Below are positions 53,943-63,746 of a stretch of DNA of 64,000 nt, in pieces. The stretch is from Candidatus Woesearchaeota archaeon (GTDB lineage Archaea; Nanobdellota; Nanobdellia; Pacearchaeales; GW2011-AR1), in the NCBI GenBank assembly GCA_964366325.1, contig CAYITD010000002.1:32428-96427 (forward strand), written 5' to 3'. Every line of letters starts with the position of its first letter. The stretch's first letter is position 1. The notes below the pieces were generated by a model. It did no database searches. It was not told the origin of the DNA and was given only the letters and a program-made list of their open reading frames with translations. The position numbers and the translations under genes are program-made.

Positions 53943-56900
53943 ATGAAAAATACACTTTTCAATGATAAAACAATTCAGAGGCTAGTTTCTAATGTTAAAA
54001 TAACATCTAAGCAAAAAAAAGCATCTCAAGAATGGATGGAATTAATAGATAGGAGGGAGCTAATGAAAGAAAAAGAGGGTTATCTTAAATTTTATGATAT
54101 AATTTTGAAAGATTTGTTAGGGTATGATAATATAAAACATGAGAAAGAAGGTGTTGAGTTTTCTTATGAAAAGGACAGTAAAAGTTTAGTTAGAATTGAA
54201 GCAAAGGGTATGGACACTCTAGATTTATTCTTACCACAAAAAAGGGCAAAGGAAGAATCTCCAGTTCAACAAGTATGGAGATATATGCAATTACACGCCA
54301 CCCCATATGGGATTGTAACTAATTATAGAATATTTATATTATTCAAATATGATGTAGGAAGCACAAAGTATTATTTATATGACTTTGAAGATTTAAAGAA
54401 GAACTCAGAAGTATTAAAAGAATTTATAGCTATTTTTTCTAAAGAAAGCATCGATAATGGATTTATAGAAAGTTTATATGAGAAGTCTATAATTGAAGAA
54501 AGAGAATTTACAAAAGAGTTCTATAAGTTATACCATGAAACAAGATTAATGTTAATAAAAGAATTTGAACAAAATACTGATATTAACAAAGACGCCTCTG
54601 TACATTTTGCACAGATTTTTCTTAATCGATTGATGTTTGTATTATTTGCAGAAGATACAGGTAAAATAGAGAGAGGAGTTATTGAAGAAAGATTATTAAA
54701 AACATTGAGCAACATTCATTTGTTTTCTTCAAACTCTAACAACATATCTAACGTTTTGGTAGGATTGTTTAAAGATTTAGATAAAGGTAGCGACTTCCCT
54801 ATAAAATTATTTGGATTTAATGGAGGCTTGTTTAAACATCCTATTCCAGAAAGAATACACTTTAAAGATTTAAGAGAAGATAAATTTTTTATAGAAGTTT
54901 ATCAAAATTCTAAATTGAAAAACAGAGACCTAGAATTAAACGAGAAAGAAAGAGAGATATTTGAAAAATACAAAAATAAATTAAATCCGATAATAAGAAA
55001 TGTTTTATTAATGGCATCGTTTGATTTCAAGTCAGAAGTCAATGTTAATATTTTAGGGCACATATTTGAACAATCCATTTCCGATATTGAAAATTTAAAG
55101 ATAGACAATACTTCAAGAAGAAAAAAAGAAGGCATATTTTATACTCCAGAATATATAACAGATTATATTTGTAGAAATACAATAATACCTTACTTATCTA
55201 ATAAAGGAGTAGACACAGTTCCAGATTTAATTAAGGAATACTTTAATAACATAACAGAATTGGAAAGAAAATTTAAACAAACTAAAATATTAGACCCTGC
55301 TTGTGGTTCTGGAGCTTTTTTAATAAAAGCCACAGAGATAATGCTTGAGATATTCAAAGCAATTCAAGATTTTAAACAACAAGAAGGAAAATATAAAGCA
55401 CAGAGGGGACTAAAAATAAAAAGTAAAAATGAAGGACAATTAGTTTTAGCAAAATGGAATGAGGAAGAAGAAGCCAGAGAGATTATAGAAAATAATATTT
55501 ATGGAGTAGACATCAATGAAGAATCTGTTGAAATAACAAAACTTTCCTTATTTTTGAAGATGGCTAGAAAAAATAAGAAATTGACAGATTTATCAAATAA
55601 CATTAAACAAGGAAATAGTTTAATTGCAGATGAACTGATTGCTGGAAAAATGGCTTTTGATTGGAACAAGGAATTCCCATTTAAATTTGATATTGTTATA
55701 GGTAATCCTCCTTATGGTGCTGAGGGAGAAGGCTTAACTGAAGAAAGTTATATAATGTTTTACAAAAAGGGTTTTGAGTTAATGTGTGAAGATGGTCTAC
55801 TTGGATTTGTAACACCAGATACTTGGGCAATAAACAATAATGGTCATGAGATTAGAGATTTAATAAGAAATAATCTTACTATCCTAAAGATTTATGATGT
55901 ATATAAGCCATTTGAGGATGCTAAAGATGTATGGTGTCATATAGTTATTTTAAAGAATAGAAGTTCTAATGATGGTTCGAAATATAGTGTTAAACGTATC
56001 CCTCCTTACAATTTAGAAATTTTCGATTTTGAAGCTTATCAAAAAAATTTACCTAATAAAGAAAAAAGATGGTTTCTTTATATATCGCCAAATATTCAGA
56101 ATAAAATATTCAATAAAGTGGAAGAAATTAAAACTAAAGCAAATATTAAGTGGCATAGAGGAATAAGTCCGTCGCCAAATCCAAAGAATCTAACTCAGAA
56201 TAAGACAGAAAGGTTAGTCATCGGAGGAGAAGATGTAAGTAGATACGGCTTTAATTGGCATAGAAAATATCTAGTTAAGGATTATAAAAATACAGAGACT
56301 ATTAAAAACCTCATCTTGAATGAAAAAATTGTGATTCAAAGAATACGGACTAATTCTACCGACTTTGGCTCAAGATGGTTAGTAGCAACATATATTCCAA
56401 AAGATTATATCCCCATAGATTCCTTAGGATATATCTTCTCTGAAGAATCTTCTTTAAATCTATATTTTCTATTGGCATTAATCAATTCTAAATTATTGAA
56501 TTTTTATTACAAACTACACTTTACCGATAAAAATGTTAAACCAATATATTTGAATGAATTACCAATGCCTTCAATAGAAATTGAAAAACAGAAAGAACTA
56601 ATTGAAAAAGTAAAATCTCTTTTAAAATTAAATAATGAAGTTTATGAAAAAACATATAAAATTCTTGAATTAATTAAGAACGAATTCAATTTAAAAAAAA
56701 TCTCGAACAAATTAGAGAAGTTTTATGAGTTAGATTTTAATAGTTTTGTTAAAGAATTTGGAGAACATAATTTATCTCTAAACAAAAAATCAGAATTGAT
56801 TGAATTTTTTGAGGAGAATAAGATGAAAGTTTTAGGATTATATAATAAAATAAATAACATAGATTACGAAATTGACCAAGAAGTCTACAATTTATATGGA

Positions 56901-56945
56901 ATTGCAAGGGAAGAGCAAAAAATAATTGAGGAAAATTTGAAATAA
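53943..56945 (+). CDS. Type IIG restriction-modification enzyme (N-terminal nuclease + gamma-class N6-adenine methyltransferase + TaqI_C-like specificity domain)
   Basis: The ATG at 53943 gives a 1000-aa product. It has DSKSLVRIEAKG (D...ExK), ILDPACGSGAFL (motif I), VIGNPPYG (motif IV), and a C-terminal LVIGGEDVSRYGF / LLALINSKLLNFYY region typical of Eco57I/MmeI-like enzymes. Confidence 0.8.
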   Translation: MKNTLFNDKTIQRLVSNVKITSKQKKASQEWMELIDRRELMKEKEGYLKFYDIILKDLLGYDNIKHEKEGVEFSYEKDSKSLVRIEAKGMDTLDLFLPQKRAKEESPVQQVWRYMQLHATPYGIVTNYRIFILFKYDVGSTKYYLYDFEDLKKNSEVLKEFIAIFSKESIDNGFIESLYEKSIIEEREFTKEFYKLYHETRLMLIKEFEQNTDINKDASVHFAQIFLNRLMFVLFAEDTGKIERGVIEERLLKTLSNIHLFSSNSNNISNVLVGLFKDLDKGSDFPIKLFGFNGGLFKHPIPERIHFKDLREDKFFIEVYQNSKLKNRDLELNEKEREIFEKYKNKLNPIIRNVLLMASFDFKSEVNVNILGHIFEQSISDIENLKIDNTSRRKKEGIFYTPEYITDYICRNTIIPYLSNKGVDTVPDLIKEYFNNITELERKFKQTKILDPACGSGAFLIKATEIMLEIFKAIQDFKQQEGKYKAQRGLKIKSKNEGQLVLAKWNEEEEAREIIENNIYGVDINEESVEITKLSLFLKMARKNKKLTDLSNNIKQGNSLIADELIAGKMAFDWNKEFPFKFDIVIGNPPYGAEGEGLTEESYIMFYKKGFELMCEDGLLGFVTPDTWAINNNGHEIRDLIRNNLTILKIYDVYKPFEDAKDVWCHIVILKNRSSNDGSKYSVKRIPPYNLEIFDFEAYQKNLPNKEKRWFLYISPNIQNKIFNKVEEIKTKANIKWHRGISPSPNPKNLTQNKTERLVIGGEDVSRYGFNWHRKYLVKDYKNTETIKNLILNEKIVIQRIRTNSTDFGSRWLVATYIPKDYIPIDSLGYIFSEESSLNLYFLLALINSKLLNFYYKLHFTDKNVKPIYLNELPMPSIEIEKQKELIEKVKSLLKLNNEVYEKTYKILELIKNEFNLKKISNKLEKFYELDFNSFVKEFGEHNLSLNKKSELIEFFEENKMKVLGLYNKINNIDYEIDQEVYNLYGIAREEQKIIEENLK

Positions 56946-56946
56946 T

Positions 56947-57102
56947 ATGGTAAAAAAAGTTTCTTTCTGGGCAACAAAATACATAAGGAAGCCGACTAAG
57001 GTCGAATTTAGAAGATCCGATGGTTCAATAGCTAAGTTCAGAGCAACTAAGATTGTCTCAAAACCTAAAAAAGTCACATTTTATACTAGGAGAAAAAACT
57101 AA
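56947..57102 (+). CDS. 51-aa highly basic protein, candidate antitoxin of the following PIN gene
   Basis: My translation is MVKKVSFWATKYIRKPTKVEFRRSDGSIAKFRATKIVSKPKKVTFYTRRKN. Its stop abuts the PIN gene ATG (57103). It is below the ORF-track cutoff. Confidence 0.4.
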   Translation: MVKKVSFWATKYIRKPTKVEFRRSDGSIAKFRATKIVSKPKKVTFYTRRKN

Positions 57103-57555
57103 ATGGTAAAGAAAATCTTTTACCTTGATGCCTGTATTTTTATTAACCTATTCCTTAAAGAAGTTGGGCATAAAGAAATAACCTCTTTTCTTAATGATCC
57201 AGACATAGATTTTGTAACTTCTGAATGGACATGGACTGAAATTGTTAAGGTTTTAATAAAAGAAAAGAAAATATCAGAAAAGAAAGTTTCCAATTATATT
57301 CAATATCTAATGAGAAAGAAAAGAATTGGAGATGTATGCTTTAAAATAGTGTCTGTCAGCCTAAAAAAAGATTATACATTTAGCGAATTTTTTTATGAAG
57401 TTCAAGAAAAATTAATGAAATATAAAGGAAGTTTGGCAGATGTAATACACAGCGTTATTATGAAAAACAATGAAATAAACACTATTTTAACCACTGACTC
57501 TGAATTCGAAGGAATGAAAGGAATATACGTAATTAACCCTTTAAAATTGAACTAA
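57103..57555 (+). CDS. PIN-domain (VapC-like) ribonuclease toxin
   Basis: Acidic quartet candidates are YLDACIF (D9), TSEW (E), LADVIH (D) and LTTDSEF (D), in PIN order. Confidence 0.7.
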   Translation: MVKKIFYLDACIFINLFLKEVGHKEITSFLNDPDIDFVTSEWTWTEIVKVLIKEKKISEKKVSNYIQYLMRKKRIGDVCFKIVSVSLKKDYTFSEFFYEVQEKLMKYKGSLADVIHSVIMKNNEINTILTTDSEFEGMKGIYVINPLKLN

Positions 57556-57963
57556 CTAAAACTCTTCGTCAATCCTTTTAGCTACCTCAAGGATCCTTTC
57601 AAACATCCTATCAGAATCGCGTCTCATTTCTTCAATTGCATCACTAAAACTTCTTCCCCTCAAAGCAACTTTTCTCTTCTCTCTTATAATTATCCCAGTT
57701 TCCATTAAGTTTCTCAAGTGGTGATTTATAGTTGGAGCCTCAATCTTCAATGACTTAGCAATCTCCTCTGTAGCAACTACATCTTTCTCTCTAAATTGTC
57801 CCAACAGTTCAGCCATAATCTTTAAAGAAGTTTCTTCAATATCTCTTCCAGAAGCAAATCCAAGACTATCGCAAATCCACTTCAAATCATCATCAGCCTT
57901 ATCTTCTCTAGGTTTCTCAATATCTCTTATTATGATTCTCTGTCTCACCCCTTTTTGTATCAT
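57556..57963 (-). CDS. Winged-HTH (ArsR-like) transcriptional regulator divergent from grpE
   Basis: ATEEIAKSLKIEAPTINHHLRNLMETGIIIREKR is an HTH-plus-wing pattern; 135 aa. Confidence 0.55.
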   Translation of the reverse strand: MIQKGVRQRIIIRDIEKPREDKADDDLKWICDSLGFASGRDIEETSLKIMAELLGQFREKDVVATEEIAKSLKIEAPTINHHLRNLMETGIIIREKRKVALRGRSFSDAIEEMRRDSDRMFERILEVAKRIDEEF

Positions 57964-58005
57964 TCGCCATATTTAAACTTTATTATTAAGTAATTAATTA
58001 AGAGA

Positions 58006-58030
58006 TTAAGTAAACATCATGTTTACTTAA
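58006..58030. promoter_or_regulatory. Perfect 25-bp palindrome TTAAGTAAACAT-C-ATGTTTACTTAA upstream of grpE-dnaK-dnaJ (candidate operator)
   Basis: Read directly: 12-bp arms are perfectly complementary. TATA-like ATTTAAAC and ATTTAAATAG flank it on either side. Confidence 0.5.
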
Positions 58031-58067
58031 CGAAAGATTTAAATAGTTGTATTTATGATTAGAGCCT

Positions 58068-58631
58068 ATGACAAATAAAACTGAACAAAAAATAAAGGAA
58101 AACGGTAATCAATATATAGAAATAGAAAGTGAAAAATCAAAAGAAAAAGAGATTGAAGAGTTAAAGAAAAACTTAGAGAATGCAAATTTTTTAGCAGATG
58201 AGAGGCTGAATCACCTTAAATATCTACAAGCTGACTTTGACAATTATAGAAAAAGATTTGACAAAGAAAAAGAGAATATAATAAAATTATCAAATGAAAA
58301 TTTAATTCAAGAACTAATAATTATATTAGATGACTTTGATAATTCAATAAAATTTATGGAAAACGAAAAAGACAAAGAAGGCATTTTAAGGATATATAAA
58401 AAATTGTTTAATATGCTTGAAAAACATGGGCTTAAACACATCGAAGCTTTAGGGAAAAAGTTCGATCCTAATTTTCATGAAGCCATCCTTAAAGAAAAAA
58501 GTCATAAAGAAGATGATTTAATAATAGAAGAAATACAAAAAGGATATATGTTAAATGCAAAGGTTATTAGACCTACAAAAGCGAAGATATCAGAAAATAA
58601 AGATTTAAAAGCTAAACAGATGAACAAATAA
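58068..58631 (+). CDS. grpE: Nucleotide exchange factor GrpE
   Basis: [22 protein letters not shown] and [17 protein letters not shown]. Confidence 0.9.
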   Translation: MTNKTEQKIKENGNQYIEIESEKSKEKEIEELKKNLENANFLADERLNHLKYLQADFDNYRKRFDKEKENIIKLSNENLIQELIIILDDFDNSIKFMENEKDKEGILRIYKKLFNMLEKHGLKHIEALGKKFDPNFHEAILKEKSHKEDDLIIEEIQKGYMLNAKVIRPTKAKISENKDLKAKQMNK

Positions 58632-58632
58632 A

Positions 58633-60498
58633 ATGGCAAAAGAAAAGATTATAGGGATAGATTTAGGAACTTCAAACAGCCAAGCTGCTGTAGTTTTAGG
58701 AGGAAAACCAACAATAATACCCTCCGCAGAAGGAGCCACAGTAGCAGGTAAAATGTTTCCATCAGTTGTTGCATTCACCAAAGACGGGCAATTGTTAGTT
58801 GGAGAACCTGCAAAAAGACAGGCAGTCTCAAATCCAGAAGGAACTGTTATAAAAGCGAAAAGAAAGATAGGCTCCAATTTTAAATATGAAATTTTTGATA
58901 AAGAATACACGCCTCAGCAAATTTCTTCGTTTATTTTACAAAAAATTAAAAGAGATGCGGAAGCATTTTTAGGCGAAGAAGTTAAAAAAGTAGTAATAAC
59001 TGTTCCAGCGTATTTTAATGACAATCAAAGAACTGCAACTAAGGATGCTGGAAAAATTGCAGGTTTAGACGTTGTAAGACTAGTTAATGAACCTACTGCT
59101 GCCTCAATGGCTTATGGATTAGATAAAGAGGGAGAGCATAAAATTTTAGTTTTTGACTTGGGAGGAGGAACTTTAGATGTAACTGTAATGGAATTTGGAG
59201 ATGGAATATTTAATGTTTTGTCTACTTCTGGAGACACTCAATTAGGTGGAACAGACATGGATGAAGCAATTATAAAAAATATTATTGAAGATTATAAAAA
59301 ATTAGAAGGAATTGATTTAAGAGAAGACTTAACAGCTATACAGAGAGTTAGAGAAGCTGTAGAGAAAGCAAAAATTGAACTTTCTAATACATTAGAAACA
59401 GAAATTAATATACCTTATATTAGTGCCACGAATAAAGGGCCAAAACATTTGCTAATAAAATTAACGAGGTCAAAATTAGAGCAAATAATTGAACCATTGA
59501 TTAATAGATGCATTCATCCAGTTGAACAAGCGTTAAAAGATGCAAAAATAAAGAAAGAAGATAAGTTCAAAATCGTTTTAGTAGGCGGTCCAACAAGAAT
59601 GCCGATTATACAGAAATTTATTGAAGAAAAAGTTGGGAAAAAAGTTGAAAAGACAGTTGACCCTATGGAATGTGTTGCAATGGGTGCTGCCATTCAAGGA
59701 GCAATATTATCTGGAGATATAAAAGATATAGTATTATTAGACGTTACCCCTTTAACTTTAGGAATTGAGACATTAGGGGAAGTTATGACTCCTTTAATAG
59801 AAAAAAACACAACAATACCTACAAAGAAAAGTCAGACATTTTCAACTGCAAGTGACTTTCAAAATGCTGTAACAATACATGTTTTGCAAGGTGAAAGACC
59901 TATGGCTAAAGACAATATAAGCTTAGGTAATTTTAATCTAATAGGAATTCCTCCTGCTCCTAAAGGAATACCTCAAATAGAAGTTACATTTGATATTGAT
60001 GCTAATGGCATTATAAATGTAAAAGCTAAAGATATGGGAACTGGAAAAGAGCAGAAATTAACCATAAGTGCTTCTACAAAATTATCTGAAAATGAAATAC
60101 AAAGAATGGTTAACGAAGCTAAAGAACATGAAGAAGAGGATAAAAAGAAAAAAGAAGAAGTTGAAATAAGGAACAATACAGACTCTTTGATTTACACAGT
60201 AGAGAAAACTATATCAGATTTAGGAGACAAAATCAATAAAGAACAAAAAGAAGAAGTTGAAAAGTCATTGAAAAAAACAAAGGACTCTTTAAAGACAAAT
60301 GACTTAGATGAAATTAAGAAAAATTCAGAGGAATTGCAAAAAATCGTGCAAGAAATAGGAGCTACGATTTACGAAGAGGCTTCTAAGAAAAATACTGAAG
60401 AAAATGGAAATAAAGAATTTGACGAAAATAAAAGAGAGAAAAAAGATGATAAAGATGATGCAATAGATGCAGATTATGAAGTAAAAGAAGAAAAATAG
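58633..60498 (+). CDS. dnaK: Molecular chaperone DnaK (Hsp70)
   Basis: [27 protein letters not shown] and the full substrate-binding domain. Confidence 0.97.
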   Translation: MAKEKIIGIDLGTSNSQAAVVLGGKPTIIPSAEGATVAGKMFPSVVAFTKDGQLLVGEPAKRQAVSNPEGTVIKAKRKIGSNFKYEIFDKEYTPQQISSFILQKIKRDAEAFLGEEVKKVVITVPAYFNDNQRTATKDAGKIAGLDVVRLVNEPTAASMAYGLDKEGEHKILVFDLGGGTLDVTVMEFGDGIFNVLSTSGDTQLGGTDMDEAIIKNIIEDYKKLEGIDLREDLTAIQRVREAVEKAKIELSNTLETEINIPYISATNKGPKHLLIKLTRSKLEQIIEPLINRCIHPVEQALKDAKIKKEDKFKIVLVGGPTRMPIIQKFIEEKVGKKVEKTVDPMECVAMGAAIQGAILSGDIKDIVLLDVTPLTLGIETLGEVMTPLIEKNTTIPTKKSQTFSTASDFQNAVTIHVLQGERPMAKDNISLGNFNLIGIPPAPKGIPQIEVTFDIDANGIINVKAKDMGTGKEQKLTISASTKLSENEIQRMVNEAKEHEEEDKKKKEEVEIRNNTDSLIYTVEKTISDLGDKINKEQKEEVEKSLKKTKDSLKTNDLDEIKKNSEELQKIVQEIGATIYEEASKKNTEENGNKEFDENKREKKDDKDDAIDADYEVKEEK

Positions 60499-60553
60499 TT
60501 TAATTTATTAAGATCAAACATTCTTTTCATTTGAAGTTACTTAAAATAAAAAT

Positions 60554-61618
60554 ATGGCAGAAAAAGATTATTATAAAATTCTTGGAGTAGAAAAGGGAGC
60601 AAGCCAAGATGAGATAAAAAAAGCATTCAGACAGCTTGCTAGAAAGTATCATCCAGATGTTAATCAAGGAAACAAAGAAGCGGAAGACAAATTTAAAGAG
60701 ATTAATGAAGCCTTTCAGATATTAGGAAATGAGAAAAAGAAAGAACAATATGATCAATATGGAAGCTCGGCTTTTAGCCAAGAAGATATGTCTGGTTTTA
60801 GGACAGCTAACTTTAATTTTGATGATCTATTCTCAGACCTAGGAATTGGAGATCTTTTTGGCATCTTCTCTGGAGGAAGAAGAAAACAAAGAGATGATTA
60901 TGAAGAAGGGGCTGATTTAAGATATGACTTAGAGATAACTCTTGAAGAGGCATTTAAAGGAATAAAAAAAACAATCGAAATACCAGTGCATGAAATTTGT
61001 AAAAAATGTAGTGGTTTTGGAGCAGAATCAAAAAATATGGAGAAATGCACTAGATGTGAGGGGAGTGGAAAAATAAGAACAACAAAAAGACAGGGGTTTA
61101 CACAATTCGTAAGTCTATCGCCATGTGATAAATGCCAAGGTATTGGAAAAGTAATTATGAAATATTGCGAAAATTGTAAAGGAAAAGGAAGAATTGAAAA
61201 AGAAAAAACAATCGAGATTAAAGTGCCGAAAGGAATAAATCATGGACAGCATTTAAGAATTGAGGAAGGAGGAGAAATTGGTAGAAATGCTCCAAATGGA
61301 GATTTATATATTGTGATCCATATTAAGAAACATCAATCCTTTAAAAGAGAAGATGAAAATTTATTTCTTGAGAAAGAAATTAGTTTAGCAGTAGCGATTT
61401 TTGGAGGATATATAGAAATAGAGGGAATTGATAAAAAAATAAATTTAAAAATTCCACAAGAGACTCAGAGCCATACACCCTTCAAGCTTGAAGGGCAGGG
61501 AATGCCCTTAATAAACTCAAGAGAAAGAGGAGATTTGTATGTTTTAATAACCGTTAAGATACCTAAAGTAAATAAGAATAAAGAAAAAAAGTTTGAAGAC
61601 TTTTTTGAACATATATGA
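60554..61618 (+). CDS. dnaJ: Co-chaperone DnaJ (type I, with zinc finger)
   Basis: J domain with YHPD, a G/F region, and four CxxCxGxG repeats. Confidence 0.95.
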   Translation: MAEKDYYKILGVEKGASQDEIKKAFRQLARKYHPDVNQGNKEAEDKFKEINEAFQILGNEKKKEQYDQYGSSAFSQEDMSGFRTANFNFDDLFSDLGIGDLFGIFSGGRRKQRDDYEEGADLRYDLEITLEEAFKGIKKTIEIPVHEICKKCSGFGAESKNMEKCTRCEGSGKIRTTKRQGFTQFVSLSPCDKCQGIGKVIMKYCENCKGKGRIEKEKTIEIKVPKGINHGQHLRIEEGGEIGRNAPNGDLYIVIHIKKHQSFKREDENLFLEKEISLAVAIFGGYIEIEGIDKKINLKIPQETQSHTPFKLEGQGMPLINSRERGDLYVLITVKIPKVNKNKEKKFEDFFEHI

Positions 61619-61819
61619 AAATTTGCAAAACCCTAGCAATCTCAAAAAAAGGTTAATTATGGATAATTCTGTGGCTTATATGACTTCTCGTCAGAATTGT
61701 CCATTAGAAGTTATATACAAATTGTAATGTATCTTACAGAATTCTCTATAAGTTCTATCTGCAAAGTACTTAATAACAAAAAAAGAAAAATATAATAACA
61801 CCCTAATTTCATAGTTTTA

Positions 61820-63220
61820 ATGGAAAACTACCTTGAAATTATAGAAAAATTTATAGATAAAAAAATAGTAGTAGTAGGAGATGTTATGCTTGATACCTAC
61901 CTTGAAGGTTCAGTATCTAGAATATCCCCCGAAGCCCCTGTTCCGATTGTTAAAATTGAAAAAGAGTTCTATGAAGCTGGAGGAGCAGGAAATGTAGCCC
62001 TAAATATTGCATCACTTAAAGGCAAACCTTATTTATTTGGTTTTGTAGGTAAAGACAATGCAGGAAAAATCCTTACAGAAATTCTTAAAAAAAATGGTGT
62101 TTCTTCTTTTTTTGATGAAAGTGAAGTAACGATTGAAAAAACAAGAATAATAACAAAAAAGAATCAGCTATCAAGATTTGACAGGGAAGTTGTAAAAGAC
62201 AAATTCTTCTCTAAAAATACAAAAGAAACTCTTAAGGAAAAATGCGAAGAAGCAGAGATGATTGTCATATCAGATTATGCAAAAGGGACAATAACTGAAG
62301 ATTTAATAAACTTTTTACAACCTTATCTTAATAAAATTATAGTTGACCCCAAACCAAAAAACAAAAACTTGTACAAAAACTGTTTTCTAATTAAATTAAA
62401 TGATGAAGAGAGTTTTGATATGACTAAAATTTCAGATACGAATGAAAGAGGTAAAGTCTTAATGAAAGACTTAAACGCGAAAATAATAATAACTAAAGGG
62501 GACAAAGGAATGGTTTTATTTTCAAAAGATAGTTTTATAGAAATCCCAACATACGCCAAGGAAGTATATGATGTAACAGGAGCAGGAGATACTGTAATAG
62601 CCTCTTTAGCCTTATCTTTATCTTCAGAATCTTCCTTAACAAAAGCAGCGATAATAGCAAACCACGCAGCCTCAATATGTGTCTCAAAAAAAGGCACATA
62701 TGCTGTAAGTCTAGAAGAACTAAAAGAAATACTATCAGAAGAAGAAACGAAAATAACTGACCTAAAAACATTAAGAAAAACATGTGATAATGAAAGAAGA
62801 AAAAATAAAAAAATCGTTTGGACAAATGGATGTTTTGATTTAATGCATATAGGCCATATTAAGTATCTAAAAGAAGCAAGTAAAATGGGCGACATTTTAA
62901 TAGTTGGTCTAAATTCAGATGCCTCAGTAAAAAGATTAAAAGGACCAGAAAGACCAATTCAATCAGAGTATGACCGAGCTGAAATTCTTTCTTCTTTTGA
63001 TTTTATAAATAAAATAATAATCTTTGATGAAGATAATGTTTCAAATTATCTCAAAATAATAAAACCAGAAGTTTATATTAAAGGTGGAGATTACAGCCCA
63101 AATAGTATAAACAAAGAAGAAAAAGAAGCTATAGAAAGCTATGGTGGAAAAATAGAATTCGTATCCTTGCAAGAAGGGAAATCAACTTCAGATATCATAA
63201 ACAAAATAAAGAATTCCTAA
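61820..63220 (+). CDS. hldE: Bifunctional D-glycero-beta-D-manno-heptose-7-phosphate kinase / heptose-1-phosphate adenylyltransferase
   Basis: N-terminal pfkB kinase (DVTGAGDT) and C-terminal cytidylyltransferase (TNGCFDLMHIGHIKYL). Confidence 0.85.
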   Translation: MENYLEIIEKFIDKKIVVVGDVMLDTYLEGSVSRISPEAPVPIVKIEKEFYEAGGAGNVALNIASLKGKPYLFGFVGKDNAGKILTEILKKNGVSSFFDESEVTIEKTRIITKKNQLSRFDREVVKDKFFSKNTKETLKEKCEEAEMIVISDYAKGTITEDLINFLQPYLNKIIVDPKPKNKNLYKNCFLIKLNDEESFDMTKISDTNERGKVLMKDLNAKIIITKGDKGMVLFSKDSFIEIPTYAKEVYDVTGAGDTVIASLALSLSSESSLTKAAIIANHAASICVSKKGTYAVSLEELKEILSEEETKITDLKTLRKTCDNERRKNKKIVWTNGCFDLMHIGHIKYLKEASKMGDILIVGLNSDASVKRLKGPERPIQSEYDRAEILSSFDFINKIIIFDEDNVSNYLKIIKPEVYIKGGDYSPNSINKEEKEAIESYGGKIEFVSLQEGKSTSDIINKIKNS

Positions 63221-63221
63221 G

Positions 63222-63740
63222 ATGAAAAACAATATAATGAAGAAGATAAATAGTAAGGACAAAGGAGAAGTTGTTTGGAGAGATAATAGAATAATTGACA
63301 ATGTCTTGACAATTATTTCTATAGTTGGAATTTTATTTGGAGGCTATATATTACTAATTATGGCTACAACATATATTGAAAAAATTGAATCAATATTAAT
63401 AATATTAGTATGTATAATTGTGACTTATTCGCAAATAATTAGGAAATTATCTTTTATTTGCACAGAAGGAATATTTATTGGAAATGCTTCTTTGAAAGAA
63501 TGGAATAGTTTAAACCTAATAAAAAGAATTTTTCTAAAATGGAAAGATGTTAGATATCTAAAACTTGAAAATCATGAAGTTAAAGTCTCTAAAGGATCGT
63601 GGTGTAAAACTTTTATTGTTATAACGACAAAAAGGAACAAAAAATATCAGTGTGTTGTTTATGATCCAAAAGGCTTCATCCAAGCACTTAAAAAACTAAA
63701 AAAATACCACTTGCTAAGCAAAGATTCAAAATATAGGTAA
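63222..63740 (+). CDS. Hypothetical membrane protein (172 aa)
   Basis: Two TM helices then a soluble tail; adjacent to hldE. Confidence 0.4.
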   Translation: MKNNIMKKINSKDKGEVVWRDNRIIDNVLTIISIVGILFGGYILLIMATTYIEKIESILIILVCIIVTYSQIIRKLSFICTEGIFIGNASLKEWNSLNLIKRIFLKWKDVRYLKLENHEVKVSKGSWCKTFIVITTKRNKKYQCVVYDPKGFIQALKKLKKYHLLSKDSKYR

Positions 63741-63746
63741 AAATAA

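Noticed and set aside
53943-56945. BREX PglX methyltransferase
   Set aside because: The domain layout resembles PglX, but no brxA/B/C, pglZ or brxL genes are nearby. An N-terminal D...ExK nuclease motif fits a stand-alone type IIG enzyme better.
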